Origin: an uncultured Collinsella sp.
GTDB taxonomy: Bacteria > Actinomycetota > Coriobacteriia > Coriobacteriales > Coriobacteriaceae
NCBI GenBank assembly: GCA_902494085.1
Contig: CABURU010000001.1
Span: forward strand, 78,475 to 142,474
Direction: 5' to 3'
Length of the DNA stretch: 64,000 bases
The notes below the pieces were generated by a model, which made no database searches, had not been told where the DNA came from, and worked only from the letters and a program-made list of their open reading frames with translations. Shown here piece by piece: positions 1-12,856 of this stretch (position 1 is its first letter; each line of letters starts with the position of its first letter). A program made the position numbers and the translations under genes.

Positions 1-524
1 CCTATGGTAACTACATCGGCCTGACCGACGCTCCCAAGGATATGTTTGGCAAGACCATGTCCATCCCCGACGAGATGATCGGCAAGTACTATCGTCTGGC
101 CAGCTCGCTCACCCCGGCCGAGGTCGACAAGATCGACGCCGCCCTGGCCGATGGTTCTGCCGACCCCTACGAGCTCAAGCGCGCTCTGGGTCGCGACCTG
201 TGCGACACCTACCACGGCGCCGGCGCCGGCGACGAGGCTCAGGCCGAGTTCGACCGCGTATTCAAGGAGGGCCAGCTCGCCGACTTCCCCGAGAAGCACG
301 TTGAGCTGACCGTCAACGACGAGGGCCAGATCTACCTCGCCGGCCTGCTCAAGGATTTGGGTCTTTCGGCGAGCGCCGGCCAGGCCCGTCGCGACATCGA
401 CGGCGGCGGCGTCAAGATCAACGGCAAGGCCGTGGCTCCCAAGAGCTACAACATCGATCCCAGCGCCCTCAAGCTGGGCGACACCCTCTCCGTGGGCAAG
501 CGCAAGGGCTTCAAGCTGATCTAA
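1..524 (+). CDS. tyrS: Tyrosine--tRNA ligase, C-terminal part (gene starts before the window)
   Basis: YGNYIGLTDAPKDMFGKTMSIPD follows the KMSKS region; C-terminal S4-like domain ends in LSVGKRKGFKL. Confidence 0.93.
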   Translation, partial: YGNYIGLTDAPKDMFGKTMSIPDEMIGKYYRLASSLTPAEVDKIDAALADGSADPYELKRALGRDLCDTYHGAGAGDEAQAEFDRVFKEGQLADFPEKHVELTVNDEGQIYLAGLLKDLGLSASAGQARRDIDGGGVKINGKAVAPKSYNIDPSALKLGDTLSVGKRKGFKLI

Positions 525-551
525 CGAGCGAGTTGACCTCACAAGTGCAAC

Positions 552-586
552 AAGGCCGCAGCCGGGATTTCCGACTGCGGCCTTTT
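552..586 (+). terminator. Intrinsic terminator after tyrS
   Basis: AAGGCCGCAG...CTGCGGCCTTTT stem with T tract. Confidence 0.75.
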
Positions 587-628
587 AGTTACGCGGTTTT
601 ACCAAACCGCGTAACCGGTCGACGCTGC

Positions 629-727
629 AAACCCGCCAGCGCGGCAATCTGCCTTTCAACTTCGGCGGCATGACCAGAAGGTCAATGCAGCCTCGTTTCA
701 AGGCACCTTGCTCGCTCTGGCGGGTTT
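629..727. repeat. Long imperfect hairpin (~100 bp)
   Basis: AAACCCGCCAG/CTGGCGGGTTT outer arms; inner pairs TGCCTT/AAGGCA, GCAT/ATGC and GACC/GGTC around an AGAA loop. Confidence 0.7.
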
Positions 728-767
728 TCCGCTGTCGTTGCCAAGACATCGGCGTTGCCTTGGTCGC

Positions 768-829
768 AAGTAGTCATCGGGGACGTTCTTTAATGACTAG
801 TCGTTTAAGAACGTACCCAACGACTACTT
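768..829. repeat. GGGGAC-core REP-like doublet (family D)
   Basis: Two inverted ~31-bp units TAGTC-ATCGGGGACGTTCTTTAAT-GACTAG sharing a central GACTAGTC. Confidence 0.85.
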
Positions 830-956
830 TTGGGCGCTTACCGTTAAGCGGAAGGGGTGTTATCGGCGGCCTTCTTTTGGGCATACAATGGCTATTGGTT
901 TGCTGCGGTGAAGGTTTGTCCGCTCCGCAGCTTTTTCTACGGTTAAAGGAGTATGT

Positions 957-2777
957 ATGTCCGTTGAGGTCATGAGGACTGTGATCGACGCTGCCGAGGG
1001 CCGCGTGCCCGTTGACACGCTGTTTACCAATGCGCAGATCATCGACGTGTATGGCCAGCGCGTGGCGCCCGGTAGCGTTGCCGTCAAGGACGGTGTGATC
1101 GTCGGCGTGCTCTACGATGGTCGCGACGATGCCGCTGGCACCTACGAGGCAACTGAGGTCATCGACTGCCAGGGTCGCTATCTCGCTCCCGGTTTTATTG
1201 ACGGGCATCTGCATATCGAGTCTTCGAACATCCGTCCCGCCGAGTATGCGCGCATGGCGGCGACGCGCGGTACTACCACCGCCATTGCCGACAGCCACGA
1301 GATTGCCAATGTTGCCGGTCTGGACGGCCTGCGCTTTATGATCGAGGATGGCCGCCGCGCGCCCATCTCCATCAAGTACATGATGCCTTCGTGCGTGCCC
1401 GCACTGCCCGACGAGCAGGCCGGTGCCGTCATCACCGCTACCGATATGCAGGCGTTTTTTGCCGAGCATCCGGGCGATGTCTTTGGCCTGGGCGAAATGA
1501 TGAACCTGCCGGGCGTCTTTATGGCCGACCCCGAGACCTGTGCTCGCATCGATGCTGCCAACCAGACGCCGTCCAAGCAGGTCGACGGCCATGCGCCGCT
1601 CGTTGCCGGTAAGGACCTCAACGCCTATGCCGCAGCGGGCATTATCGCCGACCACGAGTCGACGATTCCCGAGGAGGCACTCGACAAGCTGTCCCGCGGC
1701 ATGTATGTGATGCTGCGTGAGGGCACGTGCAGCCACGACCTGGCCAATTTGTTCCCGATGCTGCTGGAGAATCCCGCGCGCGCCCGCCGCTGCTGCTTTG
1801 CGACTGACGACCGCGCCCCTTCCGATGCGCTTGCGACTGGCATGATCGACAATGCCTGCCGCGTGGCGATTGAGGCCGGTATCGACCCCGTGGTCGCTAT
1901 CTCCATGGCGTCCCTCTCCACGGCCGAGGCGTTTGGCCTGGACCACGGTTGCCGCGACCCGCACGAACTGCGTGGCGCCATCGCCCCGGGCAAGCGGGCC
2001 GACCTGCTGGTACTCAATGACCTGGCGTTTGCCACGGCTCCGCATCGCGTATATGCCGCCGGTGCTCTGGTGGCGCAGGACGGCACCTTTGTGGGCGAGA
2101 TCGCACCCGAGATGGCCGAGGTTGCGGCCCTTGCCGATGAACTGCGTGCTTCCGTTAAACTGCCGAAGCTATCGCTCGACGTGTTCGACTATGCCTTTAA
2201 GCCGGGCGAGGCCGTGATCGACGTGGTGCCGGGCAAGGCCATCACGGGTATGGCTCGCCCCGAGAGCGCCGAGGGCCTGCGCCGCATTATGCTGATCGAG
2301 CGCCATGGCCGCGGCGTGTCGCTGCAGGCCGAGGGCGCCGACGGCGATGGCCCCGCTGGCCTGGGTCTTGTCGGCAAGCACATCGGTCGCGGCTGGGTGC
2401 GTGGCTTTACCATCACGGGCGGTGCCATTGCCTCCACGATCGGCCACGATTCGCACAACGTGTGCGTCGTGGGCGATAACGCTGCCGATATGATGGCGGC
2501 TGTTGAGGCCGTGGGCCAGGGCGGTCACGTGCTGGTGCGCAACGGCGAGGTCGTGGCGCGCATTCCGCTGGCGCTCGGTGGCCTGATGAGCGAAGGCACG
2601 GCCGAGGACGTCGCCGCGCAGCACGACGACTTTATGGTCAAGGCGCGTGCCATGGGTATTGAGCCGCCGCTCGACCCCATCATGGGCATCATCTTCTTGC
2701 CCCTGCCTGTCATCCCGACGCTCCGCATCCGCCCCGAGGGCATGTTCGACGTCACGACCTTCACCTACGCCGACTAG
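957..2777 (+). CDS. ade: Adenine deaminase
   Basis: PGFIDGHLHIESS, LGEMMN, DHE, ATDDR and IGHDSHN motifs; AAGGAG RBS. Confidence 0.93.
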   Translation: MSVEVMRTVIDAAEGRVPVDTLFTNAQIIDVYGQRVAPGSVAVKDGVIVGVLYDGRDDAAGTYEATEVIDCQGRYLAPGFIDGHLHIESSNIRPAEYARMAATRGTTTAIADSHEIANVAGLDGLRFMIEDGRRAPISIKYMMPSCVPALPDEQAGAVITATDMQAFFAEHPGDVFGLGEMMNLPGVFMADPETCARIDAANQTPSKQVDGHAPLVAGKDLNAYAAAGIIADHESTIPEEALDKLSRGMYVMLREGTCSHDLANLFPMLLENPARARRCCFATDDRAPSDALATGMIDNACRVAIEAGIDPVVAISMASLSTAEAFGLDHGCRDPHELRGAIAPGKRADLLVLNDLAFATAPHRVYAAGALVAQDGTFVGEIAPEMAEVAALADELRASVKLPKLSLDVFDYAFKPGEAVIDVVPGKAITGMARPESAEGLRRIMLIERHGRGVSLQAEGADGDGPAGLGLVGKHIGRGWVRGFTITGGAIASTIGHDSHNVCVVGDNAADMMAAVEAVGQGGHVLVRNGEVVARIPLALGGLMSEGTAEDVAAQHDDFMVKARAMGIEPPLDPIMGIIFLPLPVIPTLRIRPEGMFDVTTFTYAD

Positions 2778-2804
2778 TCATCGGGGACGTTCTTAAACGA
2801 CTAG
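2774..2804. repeat. GGGGAC-core REP-like unit (family D) overlapping the ade stop codon
   Basis: CTAGTC-ATCGGGGACGTTCTTAAAC-GACTAG, 31 bp. Confidence 0.85.
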
Positions 2805-2983
2805 CCGCCTGCGACACTCTTTGGCGTGTCGCCTGACGCTGCGGCCGTAGGACCTCTGGCCTGTGTGAGCTATTTGCCAGGTCCTTGTAACGTTTACGCC
2901 CGCGGAGTCTTATTTGAACTCCCTTTGGGTACGTTGGAATCGGATACACGTTCGATTCCAACAAGCCCGAAGGGAGCTTTTCT

Positions 2984-3778
2984 ATGTTCAAACTGATTGC
3001 ATCCGATATGGACGGCACGCTGCTTGACGAAAACGGCCAGGTGCCTCCCGAGACCTACGAACTGATTCTGGCACTACACGAGCATGGTGTGCATTTCGCC
3101 GCATCGTCAGGTCGTCGCTACGATCGCCTGTGCGAGTTCTTTGCGCCCGTTCGCGGCAAGATGGACTTTGTCGCCGCTAACGGCGCCCAGGTCTACGCCG
3201 ACGGCAAAATGGTAGACCGTGAGGTGTATTCGCACCTGGCGATTCGAAGGCTCGCCCAAGCTGTCGCGACGTTTCCCAATCTGCATCTTGCGCTTTTTGA
3301 CCGAACCAAGTCCTTCCTGCTCGATGACGAGTGCAAGTTCGTGCGTGAGGTCGATAAGGACCTTCCCAATGCCGAGCGCATTTGGGAGCTGCCCGATCCC
3401 AGTGTAAATATCATCAAGGCGAGTATCTTTTGCGATGACGGTGCCGTTATGGACAGTGCGTACGTACTGCAGCGCGAACTTGGGCAGCTCTTTACTTTTG
3501 CGCCTTCGGGTAACGCGTGGATCGATGCCATGCAGCCCGGTGTGTCGAAGGCCTCGGGCATCGCGCAGCTCGCGGAGCATTACGACATTGGGCGCGACGA
3601 GGTCATGGCGTTTGGCGACTCGATGAACGACTACGAGATCGTTCGCTTTGTCGGCACGGGTTGCGCGATGGAAAATGCACGCCCCGCGCTCAAGGCGGTG
3701 GCCGATCGCGTGGTGGGTTGTAACCGCGACCACGCCGTCCAACGTGAGCTCCGTCGCGTGCTGGAGAGTCTCTCCTAA
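2984..3778 (+). CDS. Cof-type HAD-IIB family hydrolase
   Basis: ASDMDGTLL, SSGR, GVSKASG and AFGDSMND motifs. Confidence 0.92.
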   Translation: MFKLIASDMDGTLLDENGQVPPETYELILALHEHGVHFAASSGRRYDRLCEFFAPVRGKMDFVAANGAQVYADGKMVDREVYSHLAIRRLAQAVATFPNLHLALFDRTKSFLLDDECKFVREVDKDLPNAERIWELPDPSVNIIKASIFCDDGAVMDSAYVLQRELGQLFTFAPSGNAWIDAMQPGVSKASGIAQLAEHYDIGRDEVMAFGDSMNDYEIVRFVGTGCAMENARPALKAVADRVVGCNRDHAVQRELRRVLESLS

Positions 3779-3779
3779 T

Positions 3780-3889
3780 CCGGCAGATGGGGACGTTCTT
3801 TTTCTGCCGGCAGTGGGGGACAGTCCTTGCAGCTTTTTGCGAAGAGTGTCCCCAGTGACTAGTCGTTTAAGAACGTCCCCAGTGACTAG
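3780..3889. repeat. Cluster of GGGGAC-core REP-like units (family D) between convergent HAD genes
   Basis: CCGGCA-GATGGGGACGTTCTTTTTC-TGCCGG at 3780-3810; CTAGTC-GTTTAAGAACGTCCCCAGT-GACTAG at 3859-3889. Confidence 0.85.
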
Positions 3890-4728
3890 GCGAGGGCGGC
3901 CATGATGGTGCGGGCGACGCCGTCGTGGTCGTTGTCGTATTCGGTGATGGCGTCGGCGGCCTCGCGGTCTTCGGGCTCGGCGTTGATCATGGCCATGCCA
4001 TGGCCCGCTGCCTGCAGCATGGGGATGTCGTTGATGTTGTCGCCGAACGCCCAGGCGTCGGCGAGACGCTCGCCCAGATGCTCACACAGCCACGTGAGGG
4101 CCGTTCCCTTGGTGGCGCCCTCGCCCATGACCTCGATATTCATGGCGTAAGAACGCGTGACCTCAATGCCTCCGAGCGTGTCGAGCGCCGCCGCGATGGC
4201 GTCGCGATCGGCCGGGTCGTGCCAGTACATGGCGATGCGTTCGAGCGTCTCGACTTCGTCGATCTTGCTGTCGATATCCATGTCGATCGGTGTTCGTGTG
4301 CGCTTGAGCGAAGCCGCGATGTGGGGATCGCCGCCGCAGAACTCATCTAGGCGCCCGTAAAGCGAACGGGGGAGGAAACACTGTCCATCTGCGAAGATAT
4401 CGAAGGTCACATCGTGGCCGGCGGCAATGCGATGGATGCGGTGGGCAATGCCGCAATCGAGCGGACGGCTCAAGATGCACGTGGCGCGCGAGGCGTCGGT
4501 GGGCACATCGTCGTCGAGCTGCCAGACGCTGGCGCCGTTGGCGCAGACTGCGTAGTGCACGGCGGGATGGGCGAGAATGGGCTCAAAGATGCCCGACAGC
4601 GGACGCCCCGTGCAGGGAACAAACTCGATGCCACGACGTGCGAGCTCGTCGAGCATTGTCCAGGTGGCATCGCTCATCTGCTTATCGCTCGTCAGCAGCG
4701 TCCCATCCATATCGGAAAACACAATCAT
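3886..4728 (-). CDS. Cof-type HAD-IIB family hydrolase
   Basis: FSDMDGTLL, CTGR, ATKG and AFGDNIND motifs. Confidence 0.92.
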   Translation of the reverse strand: MIVFSDMDGTLLTSDKQMSDATWTMLDELARRGIEFVPCTGRPLSGIFEPILAHPAVHYAVCANGASVWQLDDDVPTDASRATCILSRPLDCGIAHRIHRIAAGHDVTFDIFADGQCFLPRSLYGRLDEFCGGDPHIAASLKRTRTPIDMDIDSKIDEVETLERIAMYWHDPADRDAIAAALDTLGGIEVTRSYAMNIEVMGEGATKGTALTWLCEHLGERLADAWAFGDNINDIPMLQAAGHGMAMINAEPEDREAADAITEYDNDHDGVARTIMAALA

Positions 4729-4753
4729 TTGATGCAGCCCTTTCTACTGGCAT

Positions 4754-4790
4754 AAAAAGCGTGGCCGAGGGCTTGGGTCCCTGGCCACGC
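4754..4790 (-). terminator. Terminator after citrate synthase
   Basis: AGCGTGGCC...GGCCACGCT stem with an A5 run on the + strand (U tract on the - strand). Confidence 0.65.
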
Positions 4791-4814
4791 TCGAGTTCTA
4801 TAACGGTCCGCGTC

Positions 4815-6233
4815 CTAGCGGTCGGCGAGCGGCTTGTACTCCAGCGGCTCGATCACCGGACGATAGGCGGGGCGGATGATACGGTGCGCGCAGAAGAGCT
4901 CTTCCATGCGGTGCGCCGACCAGCCGGCCATGCGGGCGACGGCGAATAGCGGCGTAAAGAGCGTCTCGGGCACGCCGAGCATCTTGTAGATAAAGCCCGT
5001 GTACAGGTCGATGTTGGCGCAGATGGGCTTGGTCATGCCGTGGTCGCGCATGACCTGGGGTGCCAGGCGCTCGATACGCTCGATGAGTGCGAACTCTTCG
5101 CCCAAGTCCTTCTTGGCTGCCAGTGAGCGCGCGTAACGGCGGCAGACCTCGGCGCGCGGGTCGCTGAGCGTATAGACGGCGTGGCCCATGCCGTAGATGA
5201 GGCCCGTGCCGTCGAAGGCCTGCTTGTCGAGGATCTTGCCCAGGTAGGCCGCGACCTCGTCCTCGTCCTCCCAGTTGGAGACATGCGCGCGGATGTCCTC
5301 GTGCATAGACACGACCTTGGCATTGGCGCCGCCGTGGCGCGGGCCCTTGAGCGAGCCGATAGCCGCGGCGTAGGCGGAATACGGGTCGGTGGCCGAAGAC
5401 GACAGCACGCGGCAAGCGAAGGTGGAGTTGTTGCCGCCGCCGTGCTCGGCATGCAGCATGAGCATAACGTCGAGCAGCATCGCCTCATCGCGGGTGAACG
5501 CCATGCCGCCGCGCAGGACCTGTAGGATGGTCTCGGCGGTGGAGAGGCCGGGCGTGGGGTGCGGCACGTGAACCTCGGAGCCGCGAAGCTTGGCGACCGA
5601 GGCCATGTGTGCGAAGGCGGCGATGCGCGGGAGACGTGCGAGCATGGAAATGGCGACGTCGATTTCGTGCTCGGGCGTGATCACGTCTGGTTCGGCATCG
5701 AAGGCGTAGAGCAGCAGCACGGCGCGCTGAAGCACATTCATGATGCTCGACGACACCGTGGTCATGGGAAACTCTTTGACGTACTCGTCGCTCAGATGTC
5801 TAAAGGCACCTAGGCGCTCGCAGAAGCCGTCGAGCTCTTCCTTGTTGGGCAGCGAACCCGTGATAAGCAGATAGGCGACTTCTTCGTAGCCGTAGCGATT
5901 CTCGGCCTGGGCATTGTTGACCAGATCCTCGATGCTGTAGCCGCGAAGCGTGAGCTTGCCCTGATCGGGCACGACCTTTCCGTCGACCTTGTTGTAGCCG
6001 TGCACATCCGAGATACGAGTGAGGCCCGCGACCACGCCCGAGCCGTCGGCATTGCGCAGGCCGCGCTTGACATTGTGCTCTTCGAACAAGCCCTCGTCAT
6101 AAGGGTCGGTCGGCAGGCCGTGGTAGAGGCTTTCGCTCTCAGGCGAAATCTGGCGGCTTGCTTCGTAATCCAGAACCAGTCGGCTCAAGTGGTCATCGAA
6201 GCGGTAATAGATTTTCTTGGCGTCGTAGGCCAT
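4815..6233 (-). CDS. gltA: Citrate synthase
   Basis: LHAEHGGGNNSTF, GPRHGGAN, GMGHAVY and ANIDLY motifs. Confidence 0.92.
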   Translation of the reverse strand: MAYDAKKIYYRFDDHLSRLVLDYEASRQISPESESLYHGLPTDPYDEGLFEEHNVKRGLRNADGSGVVAGLTRISDVHGYNKVDGKVVPDQGKLTLRGYSIEDLVNNAQAENRYGYEEVAYLLITGSLPNKEELDGFCERLGAFRHLSDEYVKEFPMTTVSSSIMNVLQRAVLLLYAFDAEPDVITPEHEIDVAISMLARLPRIAAFAHMASVAKLRGSEVHVPHPTPGLSTAETILQVLRGGMAFTRDEAMLLDVMLMLHAEHGGGNNSTFACRVLSSSATDPYSAYAAAIGSLKGPRHGGANAKVVSMHEDIRAHVSNWEDEDEVAAYLGKILDKQAFDGTGLIYGMGHAVYTLSDPRAEVCRRYARSLAAKKDLGEEFALIERIERLAPQVMRDHGMTKPICANIDLYTGFIYKMLGVPETLFTPLFAVARMAGWSAHRMEELFCAHRIIRPAYRPVIEPLEYKPLADR

Positions 6234-6310
6234 GCGCGCTCCTCTCCGGGCCGCATCGGGGTGGCTTGCATGGGCATGCGCGCGTCAGGCTATCCCCGGC
6301 GGCTTGCTCG

Positions 6311-6598
6311 CTACAGGCGGTACATAAAGTTAAAGACATCCTCGCGCTGGATGGACACGTTGACGCCCGAAAGCTCGCCGGCCTCGGCCAGGGCCTTCTG
6401 CAGCTCGGCGAAGTCGAGCTTGGACTCGGCGGTGTCGGCCAGCATGGTCATGGTGAAGATGTCCTCGATAATGGACTGCGTAATGTCGCGGATGTCGACG
6501 TTGGCCTCGCCCAGAACACGGGTGACGCCGGCGACGATACCGGGGCGGTTCTTGCCAAGGACGGTGATGACGATGCGGGAGGACGAGATCTCGGCCAT
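6311..6598 (-). CDS. Stand-alone ACT domain protein (UPF0237-like)
   Basis: ITVLGKNRPGIVAGV...QREDVFNFMYRL. Confidence 0.88.
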   Translation of the reverse strand: MAEISSSRIVITVLGKNRPGIVAGVTRVLGEANVDIRDITQSIIEDIFTMTMLADTAESKLDFAELQKALAEAGELSGVNVSIQREDVFNFMYRL

Positions 6599-6904
6599 GG
6601 GAAACCCTTTCGCGTGATTGCGGCGCGCGCGGGGCGCTCCGCTACGGTACAGTGTTCATCATTGTACCTGTCTGGCGCCAAAAGGGGTGTGCTTACTGCG
6701 GCGTTACACGTCTGCAACATGGGAGAAGGGGCAACAGGGTGCGTGTCCGCTGCGGTTGGTCGCGCCGCGTTGCACAAAGACCGTGAACCTTTTGTGGGAC
6801 GCGCGGCGCCGTGGTACCATAGCCGAGTTTGTTGTCTTGGTCGGAAACCAAGACGCCTTATGCGCTGATCGGTAACCAGCGCCTGACCAATAAGGAGTCC
6901 TACC

Positions 6905-7330
6905 ATGAAGCAGGGTATCCATCCCCAGTATGTCGAGTGCACGGTGACGTGCTCCTGCGGCAACACCTTCAAGACGCACGCTACCGTGTCCGAGATGAAG
7001 GTCGAGCTTTGCAACGAGTGCCACCCGTTCTACACCGGCCAGCAGAAGTTCGTCGACACCGGTGGACGCGTCCAGCGCTTCGCCGACAAGTTCGGTGGCG
7101 CCGCTGCCGCCCAGCTCAAGAAGGCCGAGGAGGCCAAGGCTGCCAAGGCCGCCAAGGCTGCTGAGGCCGAGGCCGCTCGCAAGGCCGCCGCTGAGGCTAA
7201 GGCTGCCGAGAAGGCTAAGCGTGCTGCTAAGTTTGCCGAGGAGGCTGCCAAGCAGGCCGCCGAGGCTCCCGCAGAGGCTCCCGTCGAGGAGGCCGCTGCC
7301 GAGGCCGAGACCACCGAGGCTGCTGAGTAA
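6905..7330 (+). CDS. rpmE: 50S ribosomal protein L31 (Zn-binding type) with an Ala/Glu/Lys-rich tail
   Basis: [21 protein letters not shown] and DTGGRVQRF. Confidence 0.96.
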   Translation: MKQGIHPQYVECTVTCSCGNTFKTHATVSEMKVELCNECHPFYTGQQKFVDTGGRVQRFADKFGGAAAAQLKKAEEAKAAKAAKAAEAEAARKAAAEAKAAEKAKRAAKFAEEAAKQAAEAPAEAPVEEAAAEAETTEAAE

Positions 7331-7366
7331 ATAGCTCGCCGCGGAATCACTCGCATTCATGGCGTG

Positions 7367-7407
7367 AGGGCCGTGCATCCATTTGGGTGCGCGGCCCTTT
7401 TCTTTTT
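7367..7407 (+). terminator. Terminator after rpmE
   Basis: AGGGCCGTGCATCC-ATTT-GGGTGCGCGGCCCT followed by a T tract. Confidence 0.8.
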
Positions 7408-7408
7408 A

Positions 7409-7508
7409 TTGGTGCAAACCAACCTGCCCCCATTGCACCAAATGGCAGAGAGGCAGCGTTTGCCCAGATAAAACCTGCCAAAATTAACCTGTCCCATTGT
7501 GGCAGGTT
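7409..7508. repeat. GGGGAC-core REP-like units (family C)
   Basis: TTGGTGCAAACCAACCTGCCCCCATTGCACCAA and AAACCTGCCAAAATTAACCTGTCCCATTGTGGCAGGTT; similar copies at 19653, 43651 and 49681. Confidence 0.8.
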
Positions 7509-7637
7509 GGTCGTAGTTATTACGTGGCGGTCGAGGTCGACCGTATAGGCCGCGCCTTGTTTGGCTAAAGTACAATCATCTGTGTTTAACTCGCCCGCAG
7601 CTGCACGGCGTGGGCGATGGCCAAAAAGGAAAACCAC

Positions 7638-10444
<2,807 letters not shown>

Positions 10445-10445
<1 letters not shown>

Positions 10446-11593
10446 TGGCTGAGGCTTTAGAGGTAACGCCCGCCGAGCTGGACGCGTTTGCGGACCGGCT
10501 CGGTGAGGTCGAGTCGTATCTCCACCTGGACGAGAAGCGTACCCGCGTGTTCGAGCTCGAGGCCAAAAGTGTTGCCCCTGGCTTTTGGGATGACGCCGAC
10601 GCCGCCCGTGCCACCATGGAGGAGATCGCGCGCACCAAGGAAGATATCGCTGCCGTGGACACCGCGCGCGGCGAGCTTTCCGATGCCCGCGCCGCGCTGG
10701 AGCTTGCCGAGGAGATGGGGGATGACCCCGACGCCGCCGCCCTTCGCGAGGAGGCTGCAGCCACGGCTGAGCGCCTGGCCCGTGCCATCGATGAGCTTGA
10801 GCTTTCGAGCTGGTTTACCGGTGAGTTCGATCACGGCGATGCCATTGTGACCATCAAGCCCGGACAGGGTGGTCTGGAGGCCCAGGACTGGACCTTCATG
10901 CTCTTTAAGATGTACATGAAGTACTGCCAGCGTCGCGGCTGGAAGGTCACCATCAACGACTGTCCCGCGGCCGAGGTCATCGGCATTGACCGTGCGACCT
11001 TTACCGTCGAGGGCAAGGACGCATTTGGCATGCTGCGCGCCGAGGCCGGCGTCCACCGCTTGGTTCGCATTAGCCCCACCGACGACAAGAAGCGCCGCCA
11101 GACCACGTTTGCCGGCGTCGAGGTCATCCCCGTGCTACCCGATGATATCGACATCGAGATCAGTCCCGATGACATCCGCGTGGACGTGTACCACGCGAGC
11201 GGCCCGGGCGGTCAGGGCGTCAACACCACCGACTCCGCCGTGCGCGTGACGCATTTTCCCAGCGGCATTGTGGTCACCTGCCAAAACGAGCGCAGCCAGA
11301 TTCAGAACAAGGCCGCGTGCATGCAGATCCTCAAGGCTCGCCTGTACGAGATTGAGCTCGAGAAGCGCGCCGAGGCGCTCGATGAGATCCGCGGACCCAA
11401 GACCACGATTGGTTTTGGCAACCAGATTCGCAGCTACGTGCTCTACCCGTACCAGATGGTCAAGGACTTACGCACGGGCGTGGAGACCAGCAATGTCGAG
11501 GCCGTCCTTGACGATGGCGACCTGGACCCGTTTGTTATTGGCTACCATCGCTGGGCTACCGGCAACGCCGATGCAGAAGGCTCGGAGGTCTAA
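10445..11593 (+). CDS. prfB: Peptide chain release factor 2, uninterrupted ORF
   Basis: GPGGQGVNTTDSAVR and RLVRISP motifs; TAATG overlap with secA. Confidence 0.96.
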
Positions 11594-11717
11594 AACATCG
11601 GGTGGCTTCAAGCCGATGCCAAGCCCAACGGTTGGACGGGTTTGTATCCAGAATAAACCCTGCGCAGGGGTGGTTTTTGTCCGGCGGATCGGTAGAATCG
11701 AATACAAGAAGAAGTTC

Positions 11718-11746
11718 AAAGCGCATCCGTTTGGGTGCGCTTTTTT
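11718..11746 (+). terminator. Terminator-like hairpin after prfB
   Basis: AAAGCGCATCC-GTTT-GGGTGCGCTTTTTT. Confidence 0.65.
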
Positions 11747-11758
11747 GAGGGAGGCAGC

Positions 11759-12649
11759 ATGGCATATCGTCTGGACATCAAGCGCATTCTTTCGATGAAC
11801 TTCTTTCACGACCTGCCCCAGATCATGTTGGGGTGTGCCTTGGCCGCCATCGCGACCGACTTGTTTTTGATTCCCAACGGTCTTGCCGCCGGTGGCGTTA
11901 CGGGCCTTGCCACCATTATCCAGGCGGTCGGCGCGGCGCGCGGCCTATCGCTTCCCGTTGGTATTCAGACGATCGTGATGAACGCCTTGCTGTTGTTGGT
12001 CGTTATGCGCGAGGGCGGCATGTTCTACGTGGTGCAGACCGCGACGGGCTTTGTGCTGCTGGGCTTCTTTACCGATCTGTTCGCCCCGTTTGTAGCACCT
12101 CTGGCGGATGCGGACCTGATGCTCCCTGCCATGTGGGGCGGCATTATTACGGGCATCGGTTACGGCATGGTGTTGCGCGCCGGCGCCAACACCGGCGGCT
12201 CGGACACGATTGGCCAAATCATCTCGCGTAACACCTCGCTGCCGGTGGGCTCGACCGTCATGGCGATCGATGTTGCCGTATGCGCGCTATCGGCTCCGGT
12301 CTTTTCAATCGAAAACGCACTGTATGCAGGCCTTTCGATGGTCATTAGCGGCTACGTGATCGATGCCGTGGTCGATGGTGGCAACAAACGCCGTATGGTA
12401 CTCATCATCTCGGACAAGTTCCCTGATATCGCTGCCGATATCATGTATGGCCTGGGTCGTGGTTGTACCAAGTTTAAGGCGACTGGCATGTATTCGGGTG
12501 CCGAGAAGCCAGTGATTATGGTCATCGTGAGCCGTCGAGAGCTCAATACCCTCAAGACGATCGTGCGCGAGCGCGATCCTCATGCCATCGTGACGGTTGC
12601 CGACGTTACGGAAGCCTTCGGCGAGGGATTCAAGGACATTAGCGCGTAG
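11759..12649 (+). CDS. YitT family membrane protein (DUF161/DUF2179)
   Basis: GLAAGGVTG, NTGGSD and a C-terminal DPHAIVTV..GEGF; hydrophobic segments. Confidence 0.9.
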   Translation: MAYRLDIKRILSMNFFHDLPQIMLGCALAAIATDLFLIPNGLAAGGVTGLATIIQAVGAARGLSLPVGIQTIVMNALLLLVVMREGGMFYVVQTATGFVLLGFFTDLFAPFVAPLADADLMLPAMWGGIITGIGYGMVLRAGANTGGSDTIGQIISRNTSLPVGSTVMAIDVAVCALSAPVFSIENALYAGLSMVISGYVIDAVVDGGNKRRMVLIISDKFPDIAADIMYGLGRGCTKFKATGMYSGAEKPVIMVIVSRRELNTLKTIVRERDPHAIVTVADVTEAFGEGFKDISA

Positions 12650-12856
12650 GGTCGATCGCGTTCCATCCAAAAGACGTTCACATTGATAAACCGTTTCATC
12701 AGCGGTTCTGCCTGCTAAATTGTTCAAATAATGATAAAAACTCTGGTAAAGCCATCAGTTTCCAGCATAATGAATGACGTACGTGCATTGCGGCTGTGTT
12801 GGGATTACCTTCGGTGCCGTGCGCATTTTGTCTAATGAGGATGAAAGGAAGGCACA

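Noticed and set aside
830..956. Purine riboswitch upstream of ade
   Set aside because: No recognisable purine aptamer core was found by eye.
10490..10540. Programmed +1 frameshift in prfB
   Set aside because: No CTT-TGA site; the ORF is continuous (YLHLDEK).
11718..11746. Shared GCATCC(A/G)TTTGGGTGC between the hairpins after rpmE and prfB as a repeat family
   Set aside because: Only two short copies, adequately explained as terminators.
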